Below, in pieces: positions 1 through 8,468 of a DNA stretch of 64,000 nucleotides. The notes under the pieces are model-generated. The model saw only the letters and a program-made list of their open reading frames with translations. It was not told the origin of the DNA and searched no databases. Position numbers and translations under genes: made by a program. Each line of letters opens with the position of its first letter. Within the stretch, counting starts at the first letter, position 1. Source of the stretch: Candidatus Nitrospinota bacterium M3_3B_026 (GTDB taxonomy: Bacteria; Nitrospinota_A; UBA7883; JBPRGF01); NCBI GenBank assembly GCA_051418015.1, contig JBPRGF010000033.1, positions 192,001 through 256,000 of the forward strand, in the 5' to 3' direction.

Positions 1-189
1 GACGAGGGCCTCCTGGACGGAGCGGATCATCTCCCTCGCCTTGGCGACGGTGATGTCCAGCTCCCTTGCGATCCTGACCTCATCGCGCCGCATCCTCAGG
101 AGGACGAAGACGGACTGCTCCATTTTCGGCAGTTTGCGGATCGCGGCGGGGAGGCGTTTTATGGAGCTGGGGCTCAGAAATTTTGACAT
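1..189 (-). CDS. Partial gene (runs off left edge) with sigma-70 region 4-like HTH
   Basis: Not in the ORF track. Manual translation from ATG 189: MSKFLSPSSIKRLPAAIRKLPKMEQSVFVLLRMRRDEVRIARELDITVAKAREMIRSVQEALV, open to position 1. The LxxAIxxLPxxEQxVFxL...IAxxLxI pattern fits sigma4. Confidence 0.65.
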   Translation of the reverse strand, partial: MSKFLSPSSIKRLPAAIRKLPKMEQSVFVLLRMRRDEVRIARELDITVAKAREMIRSVQEALV

Positions 190-197
190 ACGCCGTC

Positions 198-611
198 TCA
201 AAAAGCCCTGCCGTATTTCCAGCGGAGCCAGTCGATATAAAGCTCCCTGGAGTTCAGTATGGTCCAGACGAAGGTGGACAGCAGGCAGTCGTTTTTGCCG
301 GTGTATTTTCCTATCCGTTTTTTAAGCTGGCCGAATATCCATATGTAGGTGTCCAGCCCCTCGTCGCACTCGGGAAGGTCGCTTTTCGGCCTCCTACCTT
401 CGCGCTGGAGGGAGACGGACATCAGCCCGCAGAAATAGAGCCCCGCCGGGTACCGGCAATGGTCGACGCACCATTCCTTGGCCTTGTAGAGCGCCCAGTC
501 CGTGTAGCGCTCCACGAACTCCTCCCACGCTCTCCCGGAGCCCGAGAGAATGTCCGAGACGAGCTTTTTGTCGCTGTCGAGCTTCTCTTCTTTAACGCCT
601 GGCTCGTTCAT
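198..611 (-). CDS. ECF sigma factor region 2-like protein with Cys-rich insertion (137 aa)
   Basis: ATG at 611 inside ORF 198..908. DKKLVSDILSGSGRAWEEFVERY and YTGKNDCLLSTFVWTILNSRELYIDWLR resemble sigma 1.2/2 segments. No region 4 is present. Confidence 0.6.
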   Translation of the reverse strand: MNEPGVKEEKLDSDKKLVSDILSGSGRAWEEFVERYTDWALYKAKEWCVDHCRYPAGLYFCGLMSVSLQREGRRPKSDLPECDEGLDTYIWIFGQLKKRIGKYTGKNDCLLSTFVWTILNSRELYIDWLRWKYGRAF

Positions 612-757
612 TTTCTGATTATAGGCGGCGGGAAAGAGAGCGGTCAACAAACCCCGGCTCGGGGGCGTTTTTGGCGTTGGATACTGGATCGCGAAGCGGC
701 GGGAGAAAAAATGATATCCTTTTATGCCATGAACTTGCGTTTCGAGGATGAAAAAAG

Positions 758-1522
758 ATGACAAGACTTGCCATCCCGCTGGCCCTTGCGGCCCTCTTCG
801 CCGCCTGCGCCCCCGCCCAGGACCCCGTCGAGGAGAAAAAGAGGATAGAGGCGGTAGTCCGCGAATACATCCGCTCCCACCCGGAGGAGATTGCCGACTC
901 CCTGACAAAGCACGCCATGGCCCAGCGCGCGAGGAAGGAGAAAGAAAGGATCAAGCAGGCGCTGCGGAACAGGTTCGACGTCCCCCTGGACGGCTCGCCC
1001 GCCACGGGCCCGGAGGCAGCGGCGGTGACCATCGTGGAGTTCTCGGACTTCCAGTGTCCTTACTGCGCGCGGGCGGACAAGACCTTGCGCCGCCTTAAAG
1101 GCGAGAAGGAGGGCGACATAAGGATGGTCTTCAAACATCTGCCGCTGGATTCCGTCCATCCCCAGGCCCGGCCCGCGGCCATGGCCGCCATGGCGGCGGG
1201 GGAGCAGGGCAGGTTTTGGGAATATCGGGACATCCTCTTCGAACGGCAGAACCAATGGGCGAGCGGGGAGGCCGAAAAAAAATTCGTGGAGTACGCCGGC
1301 GAGCTTGGGCTTGACGCCGAAAAGTTCAGGGCCGACCTTTCGAAAGACGAATACCGGGAACGCATCGAAAAGGACATGGAGCTTGCCAAAAAGCTCGGCG
1401 CCCGCGCCACGCCTACCTTTTTCGTCAACGGTGTTCGCGTCGAGGGCGCGATGGACCTGGATTATTTTAACAAGTTGATAGATCTTTTGCTCTCCGAAAA
1501 GGGAGACGGAGAGACCGGTTGA
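758..1522 (+). CDS. DsbA/Com1-like thioredoxin-fold lipoprotein
   Basis: Lipobox-like FAAC, EFSDFQCPYC active site, ATPTFFVNG cis-Pro loop. Confidence 0.9.
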   Translation: MTRLAIPLALAALFAACAPAQDPVEEKKRIEAVVREYIRSHPEEIADSLTKHAMAQRARKEKERIKQALRNRFDVPLDGSPATGPEAAAVTIVEFSDFQCPYCARADKTLRRLKGEKEGDIRMVFKHLPLDSVHPQARPAAMAAMAAGEQGRFWEYRDILFERQNQWASGEAEKKFVEYAGELGLDAEKFRADLSKDEYRERIEKDMELAKKLGARATPTFFVNGVRVEGAMDLDYFNKLIDLLLSEKGDGETG

Positions 1523-2076
1523 GCGTTTTCGCGCGCGGGGGCGCAAGATCGGCCATGATCGTCGATACCGCCTTCGGGCCCATGGGCGCGGGATTCACCG
1601 GCGGCGGGGTGGCCAGGGTGTGGCTGCCGGGCCTTGCCCGCCGCGGCCTTGAAAAAATCATCCAGGAGTGGGTGGGGCGAGGGGCGATGATCGAGGCTCC
1701 GGAATTTTCCGCCAAACTCCAGAGATATTTCGAAGGCGGGAGGGTCGATTTCGACGAGCCGGTCGATTTCGGGCGTCTCTCCGGCTTCACGCTCCGCGTT
1801 TTAAAAGAGCTTCGCAATGTGGGGTGGGACGAGGCGCTGACCTATGGCGAGTTGGCCGAACGCGCGGGCGCGCCCGGCGCGGCGAGGGCGGTTGGGCGCG
1901 CCATGGCGAAAAATCCCGTCCCCCTCATCGTCCCCTGCCATCGCGTCGTTCGGGCGGACGGCGGGCTGGGAGGCTTCACGACGCCCGCGGGCGTGGAGCT
2001 CAAGCGCGAGATGTTGAAGCTCGAAGGCCATGACTTCGCGCCGTCCTTACCCCTTCGCCCTACATTGTCATTCTGA
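1519..2076 (+). CDS. ogt: Methylated-DNA-[protein]-cysteine S-methyltransferase
   Basis: TYGELA...ARAVGRAMAKNPVPLIVPCHRVV motif. Start is TTG 1519 or ATG 1555. Confidence 0.92.
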   Translation: MSVFARGGARSAMIVDTAFGPMGAGFTGGGVARVWLPGLARRGLEKIIQEWVGRGAMIEAPEFSAKLQRYFEGGRVDFDEPVDFGRLSGFTLRVLKELRNVGWDEALTYGELAERAGAPGAARAVGRAMAKNPVPLIVPCHRVVRADGGLGGFTTPAGVELKREMLKLEGHDFAPSLPLRPTLSF

Positions 2077-2173
2077 GGCCCCTTCGCTTTGCTCGAGGGC
2101 GGGCTCCGGCCGGAAGAATCCCGCTGAGCATGGCATGACCGCGCGGGATGCTTGGCTTGCGCTCGGCATGACA
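2066..2173. repeat. Family B palindromic repeat (TGTCAT...ATGACA)
   Basis: Terminal inverted TGTCAT/ATGACA. Internal GGCTCCGG..GAAGAATC and GATGCTT..GCTC.GCATGACA are shared with 27224..27322. Confidence 0.75.
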
Positions 2174-2178
2174 AGGGT

Positions 2179-2265
2179 ATCCCCTCCTCACCGGCGGGAA
2201 GGGATATAGGGAAGGGGGTATTATAAATTACACCTCCAGCTTGATCCCCTTTCGAGGGGGCGGGT
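2179..2265. repeat. Family A REP-like double-hairpin repeat (degenerate, reverse orientation)
   Basis: CCCCTCC..GGGAAGGG / AT-rich spacer / CCCCTTTCGAGGGGG. The reverse complement aligns with the copies at 2924 and 57485. Confidence 0.7.
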
Positions 2266-2277
2266 AAGGCGGGCGGA

Positions 2278-2859
2278 TCACTTGAAATAGTCCGGCTCGT
2301 TCCCGCGTTTCCATTTTATGTTGCAGCCGACGGACGGCGTCTGATCGGCCGGGATTGGGCGGGCTTCCAGAACCGCGTCGAGGGCGGCGCGCAAATCCGC
2401 GCCCGTCACCGGCTTGCCGTTACCAGGGCGGCTGTCGTCCATCTGGCCGCGATAGACGAGTTTTTTTGCGCTGTCGAAAACATAAAAATCCGGCGTGCAG
2501 GCAGCGCGGTAGGCCTTGGCCGTCTCCTGCGTCTCGTCGTAGAGGTAGGGGAAGGTGTAGCCGGTCTTTTCGGTCTCCTCTTTCATCTTCGCCGGGCTGT
2601 CGTCGGGGTAGTTCGCCGCGTCGTTCGAGTTTATACCGATCACGGCCACGCCCTTTGCCTGGTAGTCGCGGGCAAGCGCTGCCAGCTCGTGGCGGACGTG
2701 TTTTACGTATGGGCAATGGTTGCACATGAAGATGACGAGATACGACTTCGCGCCCGGAAAATCGTCCAGCGAATACGTTTTGCCTTCCGGGTCAGGCAGG
2801 TTAAAATCCGGCGCCTGCGCGCCCAGCGGCAGGCTCATCGTGGAAGGAGTAAGGACCAT
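2278..2859 (-). CDS. Thioredoxin family / AhpC-TSA (peroxiredoxin-like) protein
   Basis: APDFNLP, FMCNHCPYV, ACTPDFYVFD, YRGQMDDSRPG, SVGCNIKW. ATG at 2859. Confidence 0.9.
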   Translation of the reverse strand: MVLTPSTMSLPLGAQAPDFNLPDPEGKTYSLDDFPGAKSYLVIFMCNHCPYVKHVRHELAALARDYQAKGVAVIGINSNDAANYPDDSPAKMKEETEKTGYTFPYLYDETQETAKAYRAACTPDFYVFDSAKKLVYRGQMDDSRPGNGKPVTGADLRAALDAVLEARPIPADQTPSVGCNIKWKRGNEPDYFK

Positions 2860-2884
2860 AATGGTTTCTCTCTTTAATCGTGAT

Positions 2885-3820
2885 TCAAATTTCATCCTCC
2901 CCCTTAACGGGGGATTTTCTAGCCTCATCCTCCCCCTCGAAGGGGGAGGATAAAGGTGGGGGTGGTGAATTTAATAATGCCCCCTCCCCTTTGTCCCCTC
3001 TCGCCGGGGGAGGGGATTTCTCATAGTCTTGCTGCTTTTTTCGAGAATTTGTTTTTCTTGGAGCTTTTCTTTTTTTCGTTTTTAATTTCTTTTTAATTGC
3101 GCGCTTTATTTTTTTATGAGCTTCGTCAGCCTTTTCCCCTTCAATAACCTCCCTCTTTAATACTTCCTGCATGATTACATTTTTGATTTCCGGGATTTGG
3201 AGTTTCACCTCCGGGGAGACTCTTTTTAACTCACGGCGAATTACTGTTAAAACAGGGTCGCTGAGTATGATAGCCCCAAGAGAATAACGGCTCATGGCCT
3301 GTCGTTGGATAAAGTATTCCTTTAATGCTGATTTATCCCTCCCTTTCCGAGTCAGAAGATATAAACACTCTAGATCATCAGAAGATTTATGATCCAACTC
3401 AAGGAAGTCAAATTCGAGCACGAGTTCTTTATTAATGGGTTTTGAGAAAGTGACACGGAAGATTTTCCAAACTACTCCATTCGTAAGCGCGATCCACTCG
3501 ACTCCCTGATTTGCCGCGTAATTCACGGCCTGACGAGTATGGTTTTCCTTTAAATCGAGGCCAATAGCTTTAACCTCTATGAGAAGCAAAATTGAGCCAT
3601 CAATTTCAATAGCAAGATCACAGAAGGTTCCGCGGATGGTGTGTTCGGATGTTATCTCTGTATATTTGTTGTAACCAAAGACATTGGAAAGAATGTCCGT
3701 GACAATGGTTACAGTATCCGCTTCATTTACATCTCTGGATCGGGCCGATTTTAGGATTGGCTGAAATTTTTTGACGTTTTTTGATAACCTTTCAACGATT
3801 CTTTTGGGGATGTTCGCCAT
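2885..3820 (-). CDS. Stand-alone type I restriction enzyme HsdR N-terminal (PD-(D/E)xK) domain protein
   Basis: NEADT, CDLAI...IEVKA, QAVNYA, LTNG motifs. GGAGG RBS. Visibly more AT-rich than its neighbours. Confidence 0.8.
   Translation of the reverse strand: MANIPKRIVERLSKNVKKFQPILKSARSRDVNEADTVTIVTDILSNVFGYNKYTEITSEHTIRGTFCDLAIEIDGSILLLIEVKAIGLDLKENHTRQAVNYAANQGVEWIALTNGVVWKIFRVTFSKPINKELVLEFDFLELDHKSSDDLECLYLLTRKGRDKSALKEYFIQRQAMSRYSLGAIILSDPVLTVIRRELKRVSPEVKLQIPEIKNVIMQEVLKREVIEGEKADEAHKKIKRAIKKKLKTKKRKAPRKTNSRKKQQDYEKSPPPARGDKGEGALLNSPPPPLSSPFEGEDEARKSPVKGEDEI
2894..3017. repeat. Family A REP-like repeat with extra partial hairpin
   Basis: CTCATCCTCCCCCTCGAAGGGGGAGGAT-AAAGGTGGGGGT-AT spacer-CCCCCTCCCC-TTTG-TCCCCTCTCGCCGGGGGGAGGGGA. 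Confidence 0.85.
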
Positions 3821-3913
3821 GTCGCCCTCCGAAGCATATTGTGCGATATTAGCGTATTAATATCATGGCTGAATTATACTTGGCAATGGCATGTGGGTGA
3901 TTTTTCTTGAACT

Positions 3914-4951
3914 CTATTCCACGAACGACGCTTCAGTGAAAATCGCCTCCACGAACTCCTTCGGGTCGAAGGGTCTTAAGTCCTCTATCTTCTCGCCCAC
4001 GCCGATCAACTTTACGGGTATCTTCAGCTTGTCCATGATGTTTATCACCACTCCCCCCTTGGCGGTGCCGTCGAGCTTGGTCAGCGCTATGCCGGTGACG
4101 CCGACGGCCTCCTGGAAAACCTTCGCCTGGCTGACGGCGTTCTGGCCCGTGGTGGCGTCGAGCACCAAAAGAACCTCGTGGGGCGCGCCGGGCATCTCGC
4201 GCCCTATGACCCTGTTGATCTTCTCAAGCTCGGCCATAAGGTTCGCCTTGTTCTGAAGCCGTCCGGCGGTGTCGGCGATCATCACGTCATGGCCGCGGGC
4301 GACGGCGGCTTTCATCGCGTCGAAGACCACGGCGGAGGGGTCGGCCCCCGGTTTGTGCTTCACAAAGTCCGCCCCGGAGCGTTTTGTCCATTCCTCCAGC
4401 TGTTCGATGGCCGCGGCCCTGAAAGTGTCCGCCGCGGCTATCAAAACTGACTTTCCCTCGCCTTTCATCTGCGCGGCGAGTTTGCCTATCGTTGTTGTTT
4501 TGCCGGAGCCGTTGACGCCGACGACGAGGATCACGCGCGGTTTGTCCCCGGACTCGGAGCCCTTGTCCTCCACGTCCTGTTCGATGATGGCGACAAGCTC
4601 TTTTTTGATATAGTCGACCACCTGGGACGTATCCTTCAAAAGCTTTCGCTTAACGTCCCGGCGCAGGTCGTCCACGATCCGCATGGCAAGCTCCACGCCG
4701 ATATCCGCCGACAGCAGCACCTCCTCCAGCTCCTCCATGAACCCGTCATCAAGCTTTGCGTGCGCGCCGATCAGCCGCTCGAACCCCTCGTTGAGGTTTT
4801 TGCGGGTCTTGGATAGGCCCCTGGCAAGACGCGAGAAGACGCCGGTCTTATCCTCCGCTCGAGGCTCGGCGGGCTGCTGGCTCTCTTCGTCGCTTTTTGC
4901 GGCCTCTTCGGCCTTATCCTTTTTCTTTTTTCCGAATAAGCTGAATACCAT
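3914..4951 (-). CDS. ftsY: Signal recognition particle-docking protein FtsY
   Basis: GVNGSGKTTT, DTFRAAA, DTAGRLQ, TKLDGTAKGG. Confidence 0.98.
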   Translation of the reverse strand: MVFSLFGKKKKDKAEEAAKSDEESQQPAEPRAEDKTGVFSRLARGLSKTRKNLNEGFERLIGAHAKLDDGFMEELEEVLLSADIGVELAMRIVDDLRRDVKRKLLKDTSQVVDYIKKELVAIIEQDVEDKGSESGDKPRVILVVGVNGSGKTTTIGKLAAQMKGEGKSVLIAAADTFRAAAIEQLEEWTKRSGADFVKHKPGADPSAVVFDAMKAAVARGHDVMIADTAGRLQNKANLMAELEKINRVIGREMPGAPHEVLLVLDATTGQNAVSQAKVFQEAVGVTGIALTKLDGTAKGGVVINIMDKLKIPVKLIGVGEKIEDLRPFDPKEFVEAIFTEASFVE

Positions 4952-5067
4952 GATGGATATATTACAACGTCACGCCGTCAGACGACAGGGGGGGGCGCCA
5001 CGGGGCCCCCGGCGTCCCGCGGCGAGGGGCCTTGGCTTTCGGGAAAAATTCAAGCGAGCCGGTTTTG

Positions 5068-5095
5068 TTGACTGGATCGGCGGGTCTGGTATAAA
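5068..5095 (+). promoter_or_regulatory. Candidate sigma70 promoter about 310 nt upstream of the IDH-like gene
   Basis: TTGACT-N16-TATAAA with extended -10 TG (TGGTATAAA). Confidence 0.5.
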
Positions 5096-5408
5096 ATGCG
5101 CCTTCGATCCGGCAGATACGCGGGGGGCGCCAGAAGAGCGCCTGCCGATGGATAGGCCGTTCGACGGCATCCCGCGGACGCGTGGCGCCGTTTTTCGACT
5201 TTTAGGTCCGGCCCGGCCCTGGCGGCCTTCGGGTGGGGTTTTGGGAGATGAGGGTCGAGAGTCGCTCTTTTGCGGGGGCGATCTCGGCCTTTTTTTGTTT
5301 ACGTGTTTCTCGACGGACGTGAAGAAGGAAAGCTCGCGCTTTCCATGATAGGCATGAGAACAACGAGGAATATGAAACCAACTGACTAAGGAGGAAGGAG
5401 ACAGCGAC

Positions 5409-6641
5409 ATGTCTGACCAGAAAATCCCATTTGAAGGAGCGTATGACCCCACCAGCGCGCTTCTCACGCTTCTGGAGAAGGAAGGCGTCCGGGTGACAAA
5501 GGCGATCACCGGACGCGGCTCCTGGGAGCCCGTGGACCTGAGCAAAAAGCGCCCGCTGAAAATCGGCTTCGCCCCGGGCGACGGGATCGGCCCGATCGTC
5601 GCCGTGGCGTCCCAGTCGATCCTCAAGCAGCTGCTCGGCTCGGAGGTCGAGTCCGGCCAGATCGAGATCGTTGACATCCCCGACCTGACGATCGAGAAGC
5701 GCCTGGAGCTGGACGTTACCGCGCCGGAGACCTCCATCAAGGTCATCGACAGCTGCGACGTCGTTCTGAAGATGCCCCTCGAGACGCCGGACAGCTCCAA
5801 GTATCCGAACGTCTCCAGCGCGAACGTCTGGATGCGCCAGCACATGGACCTTTTCGCCTGCATGAGGCGGATCAAGAACGACGAGCACAAGCTTGACTTC
5901 ACCATCTTCCGCTGCAACCTCGGCACGCCGTACCAGGACGCCAAGTCCGCCGGTGTCATGCAGATGAACGGCAAGGACGAGTACGCGATGTGCTTCTGGC
6001 CGCAGGCGCGGGTGGACATAGAGCGGCTCACCCACCTGGCCTGCCTGCACGCCGCCGGCGCCGGTTCGAACTTCGTCGTGCTGAACTTCAAGGACAACGT
6101 AATCAAGCCCGACGCCGCGGCGCTCAACTGGGCGAAGGAGTACATCGACGCCAACTTCCCGGATATCGACTACCTGTCCGTGAAGCCCGACGATTTCTCC
6201 TACACCATCACCCAGCCGGACAAGCTGGCCTCGATGAAGGGCGAGAAGACAGGCGAGAACCGCCCCTTCACCACGATGGTCTGCAACAACATCGTGGGCG
6301 ACATGGCCGGCGACGAAGGGGGCATGTACGTCGGCGGCATCGGCGGCGTCGGCTCGGCGAACGTCTCCTTCAGCCAGGGGATGTTCGAGGCCGGCGGCGG
6401 CACCGGCACCAGGATGATGCAGGAGGGCCGGGGCAAGTACGCCAACCCCGTCTCCGTGATAAAAGCGTTGGCGGAGATGCTCGGGTTCATCGGATACCCG
6501 GATCATCAGGTCAACATTCTCAACGCCGTGGATGCGCTGAACGCCGCGGGCAAGGCGCCCGACGGCGGCAGGAACAAGGTCACCTGCGAGGAGGCGGCCG
6601 ATTTCATCATCGAGCAGCTTACCAGCAAGGCGGGCAACTAG
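5409..6641 (+). CDS. icd: Isocitrate/isopropylmalate dehydrogenase family protein, IDH-type active site
   Basis: GDGIGP; SANVWMRQHMDLFACMR (SxNxxxR); IFR..Y; KDNVIK; GDMAGD. Strong GGAGG/AGGAG RBS. Confidence 0.75.
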   Translation: MSDQKIPFEGAYDPTSALLTLLEKEGVRVTKAITGRGSWEPVDLSKKRPLKIGFAPGDGIGPIVAVASQSILKQLLGSEVESGQIEIVDIPDLTIEKRLELDVTAPETSIKVIDSCDVVLKMPLETPDSSKYPNVSSANVWMRQHMDLFACMRRIKNDEHKLDFTIFRCNLGTPYQDAKSAGVMQMNGKDEYAMCFWPQARVDIERLTHLACLHAAGAGSNFVVLNFKDNVIKPDAAALNWAKEYIDANFPDIDYLSVKPDDFSYTITQPDKLASMKGEKTGENRPFTTMVCNNIVGDMAGDEGGMYVGGIGGVGSANVSFSQGMFEAGGGTGTRMMQEGRGKYANPVSVIKALAEMLGFIGYPDHQVNILNAVDALNAAGKAPDGGRNKVTCEEAADFIIEQLTSKAGN

Positions 6642-6661
6642 CCAGCCGTAAATCACGGGGT

Positions 6662-6709
6662 CGGCCGGGCCTTTCAGGATGGTCCGGCCGGCCGCCGTTT
6701 TTCTCTTTT
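6662..6709 (+). terminator. Probable intrinsic terminator
   Basis: CGGCCGGGCC..GGTCCGGCCG stem followed by a T-rich run. Confidence 0.5.
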
Positions 6710-6861
6710 CATGGCGCCCCGGCCTGCGCTTTGCGTACATAAAACTTGTCTCAAGCTGGATTAGAACGTAGAATTTCCATTTGCCCAGGGCGCGGGAATA
6801 ACGGGCGGAGAACGATCCTCCGCGCTCCGCCAGGGCACTGGAACAACCGGAAAACACCAGC

Positions 6862-8109
6862 ATGGAGAGTCCGTTGGCGACAGACTCGAGGATAGTGATA
6901 ACCGGCGTGGGGCTGACCGCCCCCAACGGCGACAACCTGTCCGAATACCGCCGGGCGCTGCTTGCGGGCGAATCCGGAGTGGAGATGTTCGAGACGCGGT
7001 ACATGCCGCCCGTCCCCGCCGGTGTCTGCGATTTTGACGTCACGAAACACCAGACCGGGAAGGCGGCGCGGCGGGGGACGCGCGCGGGGGCCATATCCAT
7101 CTATTGCGCCAACGAGGCCGTCGCAGACTCCGGCTTCGACCTGGACTCCGTGGAGCGCGGACGGGTGGGCGTTTTCGCCGGTATCACCGAGCACGGCAAC
7201 GTCGAGACGGAAAACGAGATATACAACATCAGCAAGTATAACTACGACATCCGGTTCTGGACGCATCATCACAACCCCCGCACCGTGGCGAACAACCCCG
7301 CGGGCGAGGTGACGCTGAACATGGGGATAACGGGCCCGCACCTCTGCCTCGGCGCGGCCTGCGCGGCGGGGAACATCGGGCTGGTGTACGGGGCGCAGAT
7401 GCTCCGGCTCGGCGAGGTGGACGTGGCCATAGCGGGAGGCGTCTCCGAGAGCATCCGCACCTTCGGCATCTTCGCCAGCTTCAAGGCGCAGAACGCCCTG
7501 GCCCATCACGAAGACCCGGCGAAGGCCAGCCGCCCCTTCGACCGGGACAGGAACGGTATAGTGGTGGCCGAGGGGGGATGCTTTTTCATACTCGAGCGGA
7601 TGGAAGACGCCCTCGCCCGCGGGGCCAGGATTTACGGCGAGCTGGCGGGCTACGCCTACAATTCCGACGCCGTGGATTTCGTCCTTCCCAGCCCGCCGCG
7701 CCAGGCGGAGTGCATGAGGCTTGCGTTGAAACGGGCCGGGATGAGCCCCGCCGATATCGACATCATCAATACCCACGGCACAGGCACCACGCAGGGGGAC
7801 CAGTACGAGAGCGCCGCCCTCCGGGAGGTCTTCGGGGGGGCGGCGGCGCATGTCAACAACACCAAGAGCCTCATAGGCCACGCCATGGGAGCGGCCGGAG
7901 CGCTGGAGCTGGCTGGGAACCTGCCCGCCTTCGAGGACGGGATGGTCCATCCCACGATAAACCTGGAGAACCCCGACCCGGAGTGTGATATCCCCAACAT
8001 GGTGACGGGCGGACCGGTGCGCAGGGAAGGGGTAAGCGCTATAATGAACAACTCCTTCGGGATGCTCGGCATAAACTCCGTGGTGGTTGTTAAAAGATTT
8101 GTAAGTTAG
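6862..8109 (+). CDS. fabF: Beta-ketoacyl-ACP synthase (FabF/FabB family)
   Basis: Cys-His-His triad: ACAAG, INTHGTGT, GHAMGAAG. Also SRPFDRDRNG and NNSFGMLG. Confidence 0.92.
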   Translation: MESPLATDSRIVITGVGLTAPNGDNLSEYRRALLAGESGVEMFETRYMPPVPAGVCDFDVTKHQTGKAARRGTRAGAISIYCANEAVADSGFDLDSVERGRVGVFAGITEHGNVETENEIYNISKYNYDIRFWTHHHNPRTVANNPAGEVTLNMGITGPHLCLGAACAAGNIGLVYGAQMLRLGEVDVAIAGGVSESIRTFGIFASFKAQNALAHHEDPAKASRPFDRDRNGIVVAEGGCFFILERMEDALARGARIYGELAGYAYNSDAVDFVLPSPPRQAECMRLALKRAGMSPADIDIINTHGTGTTQGDQYESAALREVFGGAAAHVNNTKSLIGHAMGAAGALELAGNLPAFEDGMVHPTINLENPDPECDIPNMVTGGPVRREGVSAIMNNSFGMLGINSVVVVKRFVS

Positions 8110-8173
8110 GCCGTCTTTGGCCATAATGGTTACGCGAAGGTGATCTCATTCGTGTTCATCAGGGAAAGGGCAA

Positions 8174-8425
8174 ATGACAGAAGAGGGAATACGTCAGGCT
8201 GTTGTTGACATAATGAGCGAGATATTGCCGGACGAGGATCTTGCGGATATAGACCCGGACAAACCCTTGCGCGAGCAGCTCGATCTCGACTCCATGGATT
8301 TTCTGGACATCGTCATGGAGCTGCGGAAAAGGTACGGCATCGAGGTGCCGGAGAGTGACTACGGGAAGCTTGTGACGATGAACAGCACCGTTGACTATCT
8401 CCTGCCGAAGATGACCGGCGCCTGA
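8174..8425 (+). CDS. acpP: Acyl carrier protein
   Basis: Acidic 83 aa protein with LDLDSMDFLDIVMEL phosphopantetheine site. Confidence 0.92.
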   Translation: MTEEGIRQAVVDIMSEILPDEDLADIDPDKPLREQLDLDSMDFLDIVMELRKRYGIEVPESDYGKLVTMNSTVDYLLPKMTGA

Positions 8426-8468
8426 TAGACTCTTCTCCCTCCCGACGGATTTTACACAGTCAAGGCTC

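Noticed and set aside
2066..3017. Clustered repeats as a CRISPR array or integron attC array
   Set aside because: No regular repeat-spacer period, no cas or intI gene, and no clear attC core sites.
5202..7100. Long antisense or alternate-frame ORFs (e.g. 5202..7100, 14915..16948, 22469..24271, 27298..29997, 33851..35479, 37786..39357)
   Set aside because: Shadows of well-supported genes on the opposite strand, as expected in high-GC DNA; no motifs.
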